Source: the human T2T-CHM13v2.0 reference genome, Homo sapiens
Direction: 5' to 3' (one strand)
DNA: 64,000 bases
NCBI RefSeq assembly: GCF_009914755.1
Contig: NC_060937.1
Part shown: positions 44,159 to 55,909 of the stretch, in pieces
How the letters are laid out: the number at the start of each line of letters is the position of its first letter
Position numbering within the stretch: position 1 is the first letter of the stretch
Notes under the pieces: model-generated
What the model was told of the DNA's origin: nothing
Databases searched by the model: none
The model's input: the letters and a program-made list of their open reading frames with translations, nothing else
Program-made: the position numbers and the translations under genes

Positions 44159-44229
44159 GAAAATGAGTAGATTACCAAATATACTGAAAATGAGTAGATT
44201 ACCAAATATACTGAATGTTGAGTAGATTA
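44159..44229. repeat. 27-bp perfect tandem duplication plus partial third copy
   Basis: GAAAATGAGTAGATTACCAAATATACT twice, then GAATGTTGAGTAGATTA. Confidence 0.95.
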
Positions 44230-45044
44230 TGTTCTCGTCTAAGTAGGCACTTTGTATTACTGGACATAGATTGAGCTGCTCAGGAATGAAGTGTATCTCA
44301 ATGAAGCCTCAGTAATTGGTTCTGTATTACATTATTTCCTTGGTACACATTGACTAGTAACAGTGTCCTATAGGAATTAACACACTTTATTTCCCATAAT
44401 TATATTTTACTTTATATCTTGCTATTTAATTATACTGCATAAGTGCTTTTCCGTATGTTTGTTAAAACTTGTGGAATAGGGCATTTTACACTTAAAAAAT
44501 AGCCAAACATTTGTTTTGCAGCTCATACCTTTCCTTCAGCACATTTCACATTATATGATTATTGTTTCATCAAATCATTCATATCTTTTACTATTTGAGT
44601 GCAAAATTAACTCTCATTACAAAAAGAATAGGGAGAAGAACTACCTTGGATTTTTATTTCAGTAACCTGGCTTTCCTTCTGAGCAGGCAAAACATAATTA
44701 AAGGTCAAACCTGGTTTAAAGTATGTTCTAATCTGATCGTTAGGCAGTTTGTCTCCAGTGGATGAGCATTCTTGCACTCTGATTGTTTCATGTAGGTGGT
44801 AGCTGGTTGCAAGAAAGGAGGTGGGTGGCTGATATGACGGGTGGGTTCAGATTTTATGACACTTCCTCATTTCCAGGTAGCATTCTTTTCCTACATGTTG
44901 TTAACTAAGTATAATCCTCCTCCTGCCTCCTGGGTGTGGCTTGTGCAGGAGTCATTCTTGACAGTTATCTATGTTTGGTGCCACTCGTGAGCTGCCTCCT
45001 TTCAATTTGGAGAATGCTCCAGGTGTGCTCTTTGGCTTCCCTGG

Positions 45045-46063
45045 TGTTGCAGGAAGTCAGGGACCCCGAATGGAGGGACCGGGTAGAGCTGTGGCAGAGG
45101 AACATAAATTGTGAAGATTTCATGGACATTTATCAGTTCACAAATACTTTTATAATTTATTTTGCCTGTCTTTACTTTAATCTCTTAATCCTGTTATCTT
45201 TGTGAGCTGAGGATGTACCTCACCTCAGGACCACTGTGATAACTGTGTTAACTGTACAAATTGATTGTAAAACATGTGTGTTTGAACAATATGAAATCCG
45301 TGCACCTTGAAAAAGAGCAGAATAACAGTGATTTTTAGGGAACAAGGGAAGACAACCATAAGGTCTGACTGCCTGTGGGGTCGGGCAAAAAGAGCCATAT
45401 TTTTCTTCTTGCAGAGAGCCTATAGATGGATGTGCAAGTAGGGAACATATCGCTAAATTCTTTTCCTAGCAAGGAATATTAGTATTAATACCCTGGGAAA
45501 GGAATGCATTCCTGGGGGGAGGTCTATAAATGGCCGCTCTGGGAATGTCTCTCTTATGCGGTTCAGATAAGGACTGAGATACACCCTGGTCTCCTGCAGT
45601 ACCCTCAGGCTTACTAGGATGGGGAAAAACTCCACCCTGGTGAATCTGTGGTCAGACCGGTTCTCTGCTCTTGAAACCTGTTTTCTGTTATTTAAGATGT
45701 TTATCAAGACAATACGTGCACCGCTGAACATAGACCCTTATCAATAGTTCTGCTTTTGCCCTTTGCCTTGTAATCTTTGTTGGACTCTTATCAGTAGTTC
45801 TGCTTTTGCCCTTTGAAGCATGTGATCTTTGTACCTACTCTCTGTTCTTACACCCCCTCCCCTTTTGAAACCCTTAATAAAAACTTGCTGGTTTTGAGGC
45901 TCAGGTGGGCATCACGGTCCTACCGATATGTGATGTCACCCCTGGTGGCCCAGCTGTAACATTCCTCTCTTTTTACTGTCTCTCCTTATTCCTCAGCTGG
46001 CCGACACTTACGGAAAATAGAAAAAAACCTATGTTGAAATTCCGGGGGTGGGTTCCCCCAATA
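45045..46063 (+). mobile_element. MER11 solo LTR (HERV-K11/HML-8)
   Basis: Starts TGTTGCAGGAAGTCAGGGACCCCGAA and ends GGGGGTGGGTTCCCCCAATA; perfect 6-bp TSD CCCTGG; CTATAAA near 45524 and AATAAA near 45876. Confidence 0.95.
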
Positions 46064-46939
46064 CCCTGGCTCACACTTGACTTCACACAGGTGTTGTGCC
46101 TTCCTCTGGATTCTGGATGTGACTTCGATTCTGTCCCTGTCCAAGCAGCACAGTTCCCATCCCTAACTACAGTCATCTTACTGCAGTCAGTAAAGTGTAA
46201 CCCCTGTACATTCCACATAGGAACTAGGGGCAATATGGAAAGACATACCCCAAATCTCCCTCTCCTTGTCCATGTTACAGTGCCTCGTGTACTTTGCAGA
46301 GATTGTTCCCCAGGTTGGTATATGATTGCCATTGAAGAAACCACTAACCCAAGGTCTAAAATGTAAACCTCAATTGTACAACGTATTTCCCTCTCTCTGT
46401 GCATCAGGAAATTGAACTTCCTCCATCTCCTCCCTTCCTTATTCACTTTCATGGCCTCTCAGTTTTTAAAAAAATTCCATCCATGTTATACCCGCTACTT
46501 CTATGCTGTCTCTCTACAATGTGAGAGAATTCTAAGGGCATATATCATTCAGCATGGTTGTTGATTCACAAAGTTGATGAATAGGCAAAGAAAAATGGCA
46601 GTCTTTATCCACACAATACATGAGCTTGCACAGCTAATTGTTTTGCTGCAAATTCCATTTTGCACAGAAGAAACTTTTTATTTGTATTCCTTCTATAACA
46701 TTACTAATCTTCTCTGCAGGCAAATGAACCGCCTGGGGCAACTAAGCTTAAAGTGATGCATTAGTAAAGACATTTCACAAAGACACATTAATACTTCTCA
46801 ATTTTTTTTCTTTGTTGAATTACATGTGTTGCAAATCTGTTGTGGATCAGTTTTTGGTAAGAAAGTTTATACTCAACAACAGAAAATAAGAATGGAATAA
46901 AAAATGTAGAATAAGATAAACACTAAAATGCAGCAGAAA

Positions 46940-47218
46940 TTCCTGTGTAACTTAGGCATTGTTATGCTCTCAGACCAAAAAATGGAAGCAAGAGCTCTAA
47001 AACTTTTGTAAAAACGTCTGCCCAGCAACTGTCTATCAAACCTTGAACTGACATCTCCCTTATTATTGATCCTTGTGGCCAAGGATAATTGTTTCACTTG
47101 AAAACCTTCCTCTTGCTTTACCTCCCTGAATACATTCGCATATTTCATTGTAACGTTCAATACTGAATAAACATTATTTTCTTTTTAAGAGCCTTTATGT
47201 TAATTATTTAGGTTTAAC
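46940..47218 (+). mobile_element. ERV1 LTR remnant (MER34-like)
   Basis: TATTGATCCTTGTGGCCAAGGATAATT, AATAAACA and terminal ATTTAGGTTTAACA. Confidence 0.6.
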
Positions 47219-47344
47219 ACATATATGCAGTGTCTCACTGAACAGAAAACAAGATTTAACAGTTCTCTATTACTCTGTATTTCACAAACAATTCTCTTTA
47301 CTACAGCACCTTTTTAAAATCAGCTGAACTTTTTTCAATTTTCT

Positions 47345-47661
47345 AGTGCTACTCTGTCCAATACAGTAGCAATTGAACACTATTATGTGGCCAGTAAAAC
47401 TGAGAAGTGCTGAAGATGTGAAATATATACTGGTTTTTAAAGGCTTAGTATCAAAAAGTCATGTGGAATATTTCAATAATATTTATGGTGTCTATTTGTT
47501 GGCGTAATAATGTTTTAGATATTTGGGGCTAAATAAAGTATGGTACTAAAATTACTTTTATGTTTTTCTTTTACTATCTTAAATATATCTATCAAAAAAT
47601 TTCAAATTACACATGTGGCACTCCTTTACAATTTGCATTATTATTCTACTAGATAGTTCTG
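47345..47661. mobile_element. MER33 (hAT-Charlie) DNA transposon
   Basis: CTGTCCAATA left end, AAATTACACATGTGGC, TTCTACTAGATAGTTCTG right end; about 320 bp. Confidence 0.8.
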
Positions 47662-47853
47662 TTCTAATATATTAATTCTTCTAACCATGTTACCTAAATA
47701 AAATCATGCCTTTGCTGGGATGTGTTGGATAATCCTTTATGCAAACAAGAAAAAGCATAACTGACACTTAAATAAAGCAATTAAGCAAAATGCTGAAAGA
47801 ATAATCTTAGTTGGGTGTTTTAAAATAGAAATGGAATTAAACTTTTGATTAGA

Positions 47854-50090
47854 TTTTTTCCCCAAGATGGCAGATTAGAGGCTTTTAGCATGCTTTATCT
47901 ACTTGGAAATAGCAAGATAATGCATAAAGATCAACTCTGTGAGATTCAATTCAAGAAGAAAAATGGGAATAAAGAGGAATCATGAAGTACACCCAGATGC
48001 TATGGAGGAGAACACTGGCAAACAGCCCCCATGATGGTGCCTGGCTGATAAAAGCAGAAATCCAGGTATATGAACCTGCTTTCCTGGACCAGCAGCCTGA
48101 GCCACCCTAGATCACTGAGCCACCACATAGATCACTGTGCAGCAGGGCTATCTCTGCTCCACATCTGGGCAGCTCTCAAAGGATTTGGAGGACCCATTCA
48201 CCTGGTTCAGCAGCCTGAGCCATCCCACCCTTCCTGGACATAAATCATGGCAACGAGACATGCTCTGCTCCACACCCAGGCTGATCTCCAGGCGGTCAGA
48301 GTACTTGCTTGACTGGTTCAGCAGCCTGAGTTTCCCCGTACCTCTTGTGCAGGGATCTTGGTGCAGGGGAGCCCTTTCTGCTCCAAGACTCATCCAGCCA
48401 TTGTTTTCAAGAAACCCATCTCACACATAATGGCACCCATAGGCTCAAAGTAAAGAGTTGTAGAAAGGTCTATCTCACGAACAGAAAACAGAAAAGAGCA
48501 AGGGTCACTATTCTTGTATCAGATAAAACAGACTTCAAACCAACAACAGAAAAAAAAAGGACAAAGAAGGGCATTACATAGTGACAAACGGTTCAATTCA
48601 GTAAGAAGACATAACTATTTTAAATATATATATGCACTCAACATTGGAGAACCCAGATTCATAAAACAAGTGCTTCTAGAACTACAGAAGACTTAGACAA
48701 CCACAAAATTATAGTGGAAAATGTTAATATCCCACTGTCAGTATTAGACAGATCGTTGAGGCATAAAACTAACAAATTCTGGACTTAAACTTGACACTTG
48801 ACCAACTGGACCTAATATACTTGTACAAATAGTCCACCCATCAACCACAGAATATACATTCTTCTCATCTGCACATAGAACACACTCCAAGATTGACCAC
48901 CTGATTGCACATAAAGCAAGTATCAGTAACTTTTTTAAAAATCAAAATCATATCAACCGTACTCTTGGACCATGATGGAATAAAAATAGAAATCAATATC
49001 ATGATCTCTCAAAACCACACAATTACATGGAAATTAAACAACTTCCTCCTGAATGACTTTTGGGAAAATATAAAATTAAGGCAGAAATCAAAAAGTTATT
49101 TGAAATGAAAACAGGGATACAACATTCCATAATCTCTGGGATTCAGCAAAAGCAAAGTTAAGAGGAAAGGTTATAGTGCTAAACACCTACCTCAAAAAGT
49201 TAGAAAGTTCTCAAATTAACAATCTAACATCACATATGGAAGAACTGGAAAAATAAGAACAAGCTAACCCCAAAGCTACCAGAAAAAAAGAAACAACACA
49301 ATTAGAGAACAACTGAATGAAATCTAGACCCCAAAATTTACATAAAAATAAATAAGACCAAAAGCTTGTTCTTTGAAAGCTTAAATAAGATTGATAGACC
49401 ACTAGCTAAGTTAATAAAGAAAAAAGATAAAATCCAAATAAACACAATCAGAAATGACAAAAATAACATTATATTAGATCCCACAGAAATACTAAAGATT
49501 TTCAGAGACTGTTATGATATCTCTACACACACAAATTAGAAAATCTAGAGGAAATGGATAGATTAACACACAATTTCCCAAGATTCAGTCAGGAGGAAAT
49601 TGAAACTCTGAGCCATCTAATACTGAGTTCAAAATTGAATTGGTAATTAAAATCTACCAATCAAAACAAGCCTTGGACCAGACGGGTTTACAGCCAAATG
49701 CTACTAGATGTACAAAGAGGAACTGGTACCATTGCTACTGAGACTGTATCAAAAAAATGAGGAGGAGTAACTCCTCCCTAATTCATTCTATGAAGCCAAC
49801 AGCATCTTGATACCAAAACCTTGCTGAGACCCAATGAAAACAGAAAACTATAGGCCAATATTTGTAATGAACAAAGATACAAAAATCCTCAACAAAATAC
49901 TAGCAAACTGAATTCAACAGCACATCGAAAAGCTAATTCGCCACAATGAAGTAGGCTTAATTCCTGGGATTCAAGCTTGTTTCAACATAGGTAAAACAAT
50001 AAATGTGATTCACCACATAAACAGAATGAAAAACAAAAACCATGTGCATGTGGTCACCTCAATAGATGCGGAAAAATCTTTTGTTAAAAA
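47854..50090 (+). mobile_element. Older primate L1 (L1P4/L1PB-like): 5'UTR joined directly to ORF2 endonuclease region, ORF1 absent, ending early in RT
   Basis: CCAAGATGGC start; repeated CAGCAGCCTGAG UTR units to about 48385; then CFQETHL/GTHRLKVK/ILVSDKTDFKPT endonuclease peptide; ends at the IDAEKSF motif near 50085. Confidence 0.92.
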
Positions 50091-50103
50091 TAACAGAAAG
50101 GTA

Positions 50104-50257
50104 CAGTGCTTCTATAACCTTATTGGGCTTATGAATCACTTGGGGGTCTTGTAAAAATGTAGACTCTCATTCAACACAGTATGTCTTGAGTGGGGCCTGA
50201 GATTCTTTATTTCTAACAAGCGGTAGATGATGCCAACAGTGCTGGTGCTTAGTGCCA
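50104..50257. mobile_element. MER5 (MER5B-like) hAT-Charlie element
   Basis: CAGTGCTTCT terminus, GAATCACTTGGGGGTCTTGTAAAAATGTAGA, GTGGGGCCTGAGATTCT..ATTTCTAACAAGC. Confidence 0.8.
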
Positions 50258-50641
50258 TGTGATTGGTTTTAATCAACAAACAACAGCAATTTGCAGAATG
50301 ATGAGATTTGAAAGGTTATTTGTGCACTGGGACTTTTTCTCTCTTTCTCGTCTTACCTTCCATCACCCCCTAATTGCACCTGAGTTAGCCTGTTGGAGGA
50401 TGAGAGGCCATGGGGAAGAGAACCCGGGTACCCCAACCTAAAGTCAGTCAGTTTAGCCCCAGCCAACAGGCTGCTAGCTGCCATCACTGTAAGTGAAGAC
50501 ATCCTAGCTTCACTCCAGCTAATCTTCCAGTTGACCATAGACACCTGAGCAAGTACAGTGGCTCTCAGTCAACCTGGTTCATACAGAAGATCTCCTCAAC
50601 CAACACACAGAACCATGAACTAAATAAAATTGTTGTTTTAA
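50258..50641 (+). mobile_element. MLT1G/H-like LTR fragment truncated just after its polyA signal
   Basis: TAGCCTGTTGGAGGATGAGAGGCCATG, GTAAGTGAAGACATCCTAG, CACAGAACCATGAACTAAATAAAATTGTTGTTTTAA; the usual U5 tail (GCCACTAAG...ACA) is absent. Confidence 0.75.
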
Positions 50642-50699
50642 AAATAAATAACAAATTTTTGATTAGAGAAAATTAAATCTGAACGATTTAAATTTAATT

Positions 50700-51670
50700 T
50701 TCTTTTAAATTATTTTAATGCCATTATACATATTTGTCTTTAAACAAGTATATATAATTATACATAATTGCATGAATAATCAAATTATTTATCTTTTAAG
50801 TGCTTTTATGCTTCAATGTTCCTATCTTCATCAGCCTATCTTTATCGTCATCTTCACAGCATGTTAGCAAAATGGACAAGCTAATATGTAGTCATCATAT
50901 CTTTTCATGCTCAACTAATTATATATATGTATATGCATATATTTTCATACAATGTATGCATATATTTGTTTATATATGTGCATATACACTTGCCATTTTG
51001 CTTTGCAAGAAATGGGTTTTTATCATGCATACTTTTCTTAATCTTTCACTTTCCACTCATACTTTCTTGTTGACATCATTCCAAGTCAACTTGAAATACT
51101 TGAATTTATTGTTTTTAATGGCTGCCAGTATTCCAAGGTGTGAGTACAATGTAACGGTAATATATTCAAGTGTCCCTCTATTGATAGGCAATTATATTGT
51201 TTCTGGAGGTTTTTTGGGGGGTCCATTTTTTCTTTTCTTTCATCGTTATTTTATTTTTTGCTATTACAACCAAGACATTCATAAATATCCCCATATCCAT
51301 GTTATTTTGTAATTGGACTTTTATTCCTATGGGAGATGTTTCCAGGAATGATATCACTGTGAACAGATTTATATCTAATGCATACATGCACACACATTAT
51401 AAAATGGTATTAAATAAAGATTGTTCTTTTGCATTTAAAAATAGTAGGATGATTTCTAGTTCTGTGGTAAGGCTGAGGATGCAGTAATCTGATCCATATA
51501 TGTGAATAAATGTGTGTGAAAAGGAAATAATACTGTTTTCAAGTTTTGCCAATTCAGTGATTGTAAAGTAATACTCTTTGTTACTGTAATCACTGTTTCT
51601 CAAACTACTAGTGAAACTGGACTTTTTTTTTGTTTACTTATTGAGCATTTGTATTTGCTCTTCTGTAAAC
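50700..51670 (-). mobile_element. Old L1ME-type 3' fragment
   Basis: TTTTTAATGGCTGC..GTATTCCA, TGTCCCTCTATTGATAGGCAATTA, TTTGCTATTACAAC, TTTTGCCAATTC. Confidence 0.6.
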
Positions 51671-51870
51671 TGGCAATATAGAGCAGGAATATTTCATAGA
51701 ATTTTCAAAATAAGTAGAAATTTTTTTTAATGTTTTAAGTGGCCACACTTTGTCCACCACTTGCCATAGTGGACTGTGCAGATTTAGATTTCAATCTGAT
51801 TTTAATTTTTTCCTTTCATTCTCAAAGAATACTTTTGATATTACAGAAATTAACAGTTTATTATCACTAC

Positions 51871-52580
51871 TTTTTAAAATTTTACTTTAAGTTCTGGGAC
51901 ACAAGTGCAGACATGCAGGTTTGTTACACAGGTAAACATGTGCCATGGTGCTTTGCTGCACTTATCAATCCATCATCTAGGTTTTCAGCCCCACATGCAT
52001 TAAGTATTTGTCCTAATGCTCCCCTTCCCCTTACCCCCACTCCACCGACAGGCCCTGGTGTGTGATGTTCCCCTCCCTGTGTCTATGTGTTCTCATTGTT
52101 CAACTCCCACTTATGAGTGAGAACATGCCATGTTTGGTTTTCTGTTCCTGTGTTAGTTTGCTGAGAATGATGGTTTCCAGCTTCATCCATGTCCCTGCAA
52201 AGGATGTGAACTCATTCTTTTTTATGGCTGCATAGTATTCCATGGTATATATGTGCCACATTTTCTTTACCCGGTCTATCACTGATGGGCACTGATGGTT
52301 CCAAGTCTTTCCTATTGTGAATAGTGCTGCAATAAACATACATGTGCATGTGTCTTTATAGTAGCATGATTTATAATCCTTTGGGTATATACCCAGTAAT
52401 GGGATTACTGAGTCAATGGTATTTCTGGTTCTAGATCCTTAAGGAATCACCACACTGTCTTTCACAATGGTTGAACTAATTTATACTCCCACCAACAGTG
52501 TAAAAGCGTTCCTATTTCTCCACACCCTCACCAGCATCTGTTGTTTCTAGACTCTTTAATGATCACCATTCTAACTGGCA
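51871..52580 (-). mobile_element. 5'-truncated L1PA (about L1PA7-8) 3' end
   Basis: TTTAAGTTCTGGGA...CTCCCACTTATGAGTGAGAACATG; ORF2 C-terminal peptide (MFIAALFTI...KKMWHIYTMEYY); TSD TATTATCACTAC (51859-51870, 52581-52592). Confidence 0.96.
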
Positions 52581-53089
52581 TATTATCACTACATTTTTTA
52601 ACATTTTGTTTTAAAATATTTATTATATTTTAACTTGTGAAAGGGGTTAAAGTGATATTGTCAAATTTCATATCATTCCATTTTTAAATTTTATTAATAA
52701 ACTTTGATATGACTTCACATTTTTATAATACATTTAACAAACAGGGTGAAAAAAGAGATAGTATCTTGATAGTGCTTTATTATTTTTCTTTAATCATATA
52801 GACTATATTTTCAAACTTTGTATTTTAATATTTACTATTTAATAAATGCTATAGTTTTCAAACATCTTCTTCCATTCTATTTTTTTTAAACTAACATTTC
52901 TTATTTGCCCACTTTAGTAGTTTTCATCTAGTTACGTTTACTAAAAATACAAACATTAATAACTTGTTAGGATTTGAGATGAAGCAGTATAACTATGATA
53001 CAAAGAGTCAATGTTTATTTTCTCCCTCAAATGTCTTCTTGGCAGTTGTATTCTTTATTAGGATATATAGGATATAAGAAACAACTTGT

Positions 53090-53402
53090 GGCCCCGCACA
53101 GTGGCTCACACCTGTAATCTTAGCACTTTGGGAGGCCCAGGCAGGTGGATCATCTGAGGTCAGGAGTTTGAGACCAGCCTGGTCAACATGGTGAAACCCC
53201 GTCTCTACTAAAAATACAAACATTAGCTGGGCGTGGTGGCAGGCGTCTGCAATCCCAGCTACTCAGGAAGCGGAGGCAGGAGAATCGCTTGAACACACAA
53301 GGAGGAGGTTGCAGTGAGCCGAGATCGCGCCATTGCACTCCAGCCTGGACGACAAGAACAAAACTCTGTCTCAAAACAAAAAACAAAAAATGAAAAACAA
53401 AA
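53090..53402 (+). mobile_element. AluS (Sq/Sx-like)
   Basis: Full dimer with A-rich tail; TSD-like AAC(T/C)TGT. Confidence 0.94.
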
Positions 53403-55427
53403 ACCTGTGATTGTATTTCTTGACAAATCAAGCCACCATATAAACTAGAAACTCATGTAACAGATTGCTAGTACTAAGTTGAGGTTATATGGTGTAAAAA
53501 ATATATTTTCAAATTTATGCAACTGATTGGAAATTTTTCTGTGGCATCATGTAACTGGAAGTTTATGCAATGAAGGCAGAACTGATTCTGATTTAATCTC
53601 TTCTAACATGCAGTGAATTTACATGATTTAGTCAATTGCAAAGAAGTCATATGTTTATTACAAAGAAGAAGCAATAAAAATAGGGCAGTTGTAATTTTTT
53701 TCATATCAAGAATGGGAAATGGGTTCACATATATAAATTCTTTCACATATGCTATCAAGATTTTATTTGTGCAGAAGACACGATATCACATTCTTTCAAG
53801 GTTGTAATTCACTGTTGATTTGACCACATAGTCTAGTTATATCATTTCACCAAAATAATTGTTCTTCATTTATTTTGAGTTAATGGATTTTAACATTTAT
53901 CTCACATTTCACTGTTGTTTCAATAACAAAATAAACTTCCTACTTATAAAATTAATGCTTGCTTATGGTAGAAAATTTAGAAAATGTTAAAAAAAAGTAA
54001 AAATTAAAAGCTAGAAAGTAAAAAATGTGGGAAAAAACACAATGAAATAAGCCTCAACTGTTATCATCAAATAAATACAGATACTTTTTTATTTATAGAA
54101 ACTACATAGCATAAACTATTTAAAAATGTTTAATAAATTGTCTTGTAACTCATACCTTTGGAAACATAGTTTTGTTTTGCTACATGGTATTTCATACACT
54201 GACAAGCCAAGAATGCCAAATCACCATTTCATTGGTGCTGTCATATACAGGTGACAAACGAGATTCTACCCATGTCAGCAGACTGGAGATTGCAGTTCTT
54301 CAAACCTGAGTGTTAGGTGTCTCAGAGCAGTATGGATTGCAGACAAAGGTAGGTTAAAGTGCTATTTGCCTGGAAATAAAAGATTTTGTTAGAATAAAAC
54401 ATAATCTTTAAATTGTCTGAGTCAAATGTTAATGTGTGCAAGCTTCTGGGCCACACATTTATTCAGGTTCCTTTCAAGTCCCTTTACCTGTGTTTTTATT
54501 GTTAATTTTTTTTTCTTAAAGTTGGTTGTATAAATTAATTAAGCTGCAGGCCCCATAAAACCAGGATCTACCTCTGGTATCAGTTAAATATCTGTTTTTT
54601 CCCTACTTTTTAGCCTTAGAAAACAATGCTGTCAATCAAAAGTATCCTGCAAACTATGAAAATATTAGTCTTCTCTGATATAAGCTGCATAAAGCATCAT
54701 AAAATGGGTAAATAAATTTTATAGGAGATCTTCTATTATATAAAACCAATAATTCATTTAAACATATTATTTGTTCTTTATCTACTTTGTTGCTTTCTGC
54801 TTAAAATTGTCCTTGAGGACATTTGAAAATTAAACAGGCAAAACATTTGCATTTAGTATGCAAGTCCCACTTTTGTATTCATTTTCTCATTCATGTGTTA
54901 ATTATGGACATCTATGCTATGTGAAACAAATGCTAGACACTGTGCTTGTCAGTTGACCTATTAAATCACATCCCCCACTTAAGGGATCAGGAAATACTAT
55001 TTTTCTAGCTCTATTGCTCCTATGTAGATTCCCCGAACTGTCTACTTGAGTTTTCATTTTTTGTTTTAGTGATTCTTACATGTCCTCACTCAGTTTTTAA
55101 AAATTTCCTTCCTAACCCTGAGTTCGTTCTCTGGAATGAAAAAATTATATTAAACTCCTCCATAGTTTACAACTACCGCTTTACATAATCATGAGAGAAA
55201 TCTGAAAAAGAATGTGAAGTAAAAGCTGATTTGTGGCAGCTAGAATGGCTGCTTTACTCATGCAGTCATTTATTAACCAATAAATAACCAAGGCATTGTA
55301 ATCTTTAGGAATGTGAGCTTTTAAGTTACATGGGGGCCAAAATCTTGGCTTTATTGATAACTAAAAATTTGACCCTGGATAAGTCCTTTAAATTAAGTTG
55401 CCATATCAGTAAAATGACATAGTGTTT

Positions 55428-55452
55428 TGTGTGTGTGTGTGTGTGTGTGTGT
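55428..55452. repeat. (TG)n microsatellite, about 12 units
   Basis: Direct inspection. Confidence 0.95.
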
Positions 55453-55709
55453 AAGTCATAGAGAAAGTATTTCTATGTTTTGACACATCTATGCCTTTCT
55501 ACACAGATTTTACTGAAACTTGAGATCTGAATTAAAAACCAGCCTTAGAAGTTAATTTACAACTCTAAAGATAATGAGAACTTCAGAGAGGCTCACCCAC
55601 CTCCTGAGTTATGCATGGACATTTTGAGGGAGGTGGCAGGGGGTGCAATACTGAGGCCCAGGACCATGGAGGCATCTCTTAATTGTGAAACTGAAGACAT
55701 AGGACTTAC

Positions 55710-55909
55710 CATGTTTCCAAAACAGACTTTCTCAGAAGGGAGAAGAGAGACAGTTGCCTTACTCCCCACTATAAGCAGATACAATTCATATTTTTCCATT
55801 CCTTGATTACCATATAGACTTGGTGTGTTTAAGATATTTGACCTGGCTTTCATCACAATGGCCCTGGCATAAGAACGAAAGCACGGGGGAATCACATGCT
55901 TGTTTTTTG
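55710..55909 (-). other. Candidate 200-nt exon
   Basis: On the - strand: TTTTTTTTATGATTTACAG acceptor and ATG|GTAAGT donor; one frame open throughout; peptide not recognised. Confidence 0.3.

Noticed and set aside
45737-45815. Direct repeat CTTATCA(A/G)TAGTTCTGCTTTTGCCCTTTG
   Set aside because: As far as I recall, an intrinsic internal repeat of MER11 LTRs rather than a locus-specific feature.
45905-46452. Overlapping 153-aa and 159-aa ORFs
   Set aside because: Both straddle the MER11 LTR end, show no recognisable domain and lack clear splice support.
50800-51312. Longest ORF in the track (170 aa)
   Set aside because: Low-complexity hydrophobic translation of AT-rich, antisense L1ME-type sequence with a GTG start.
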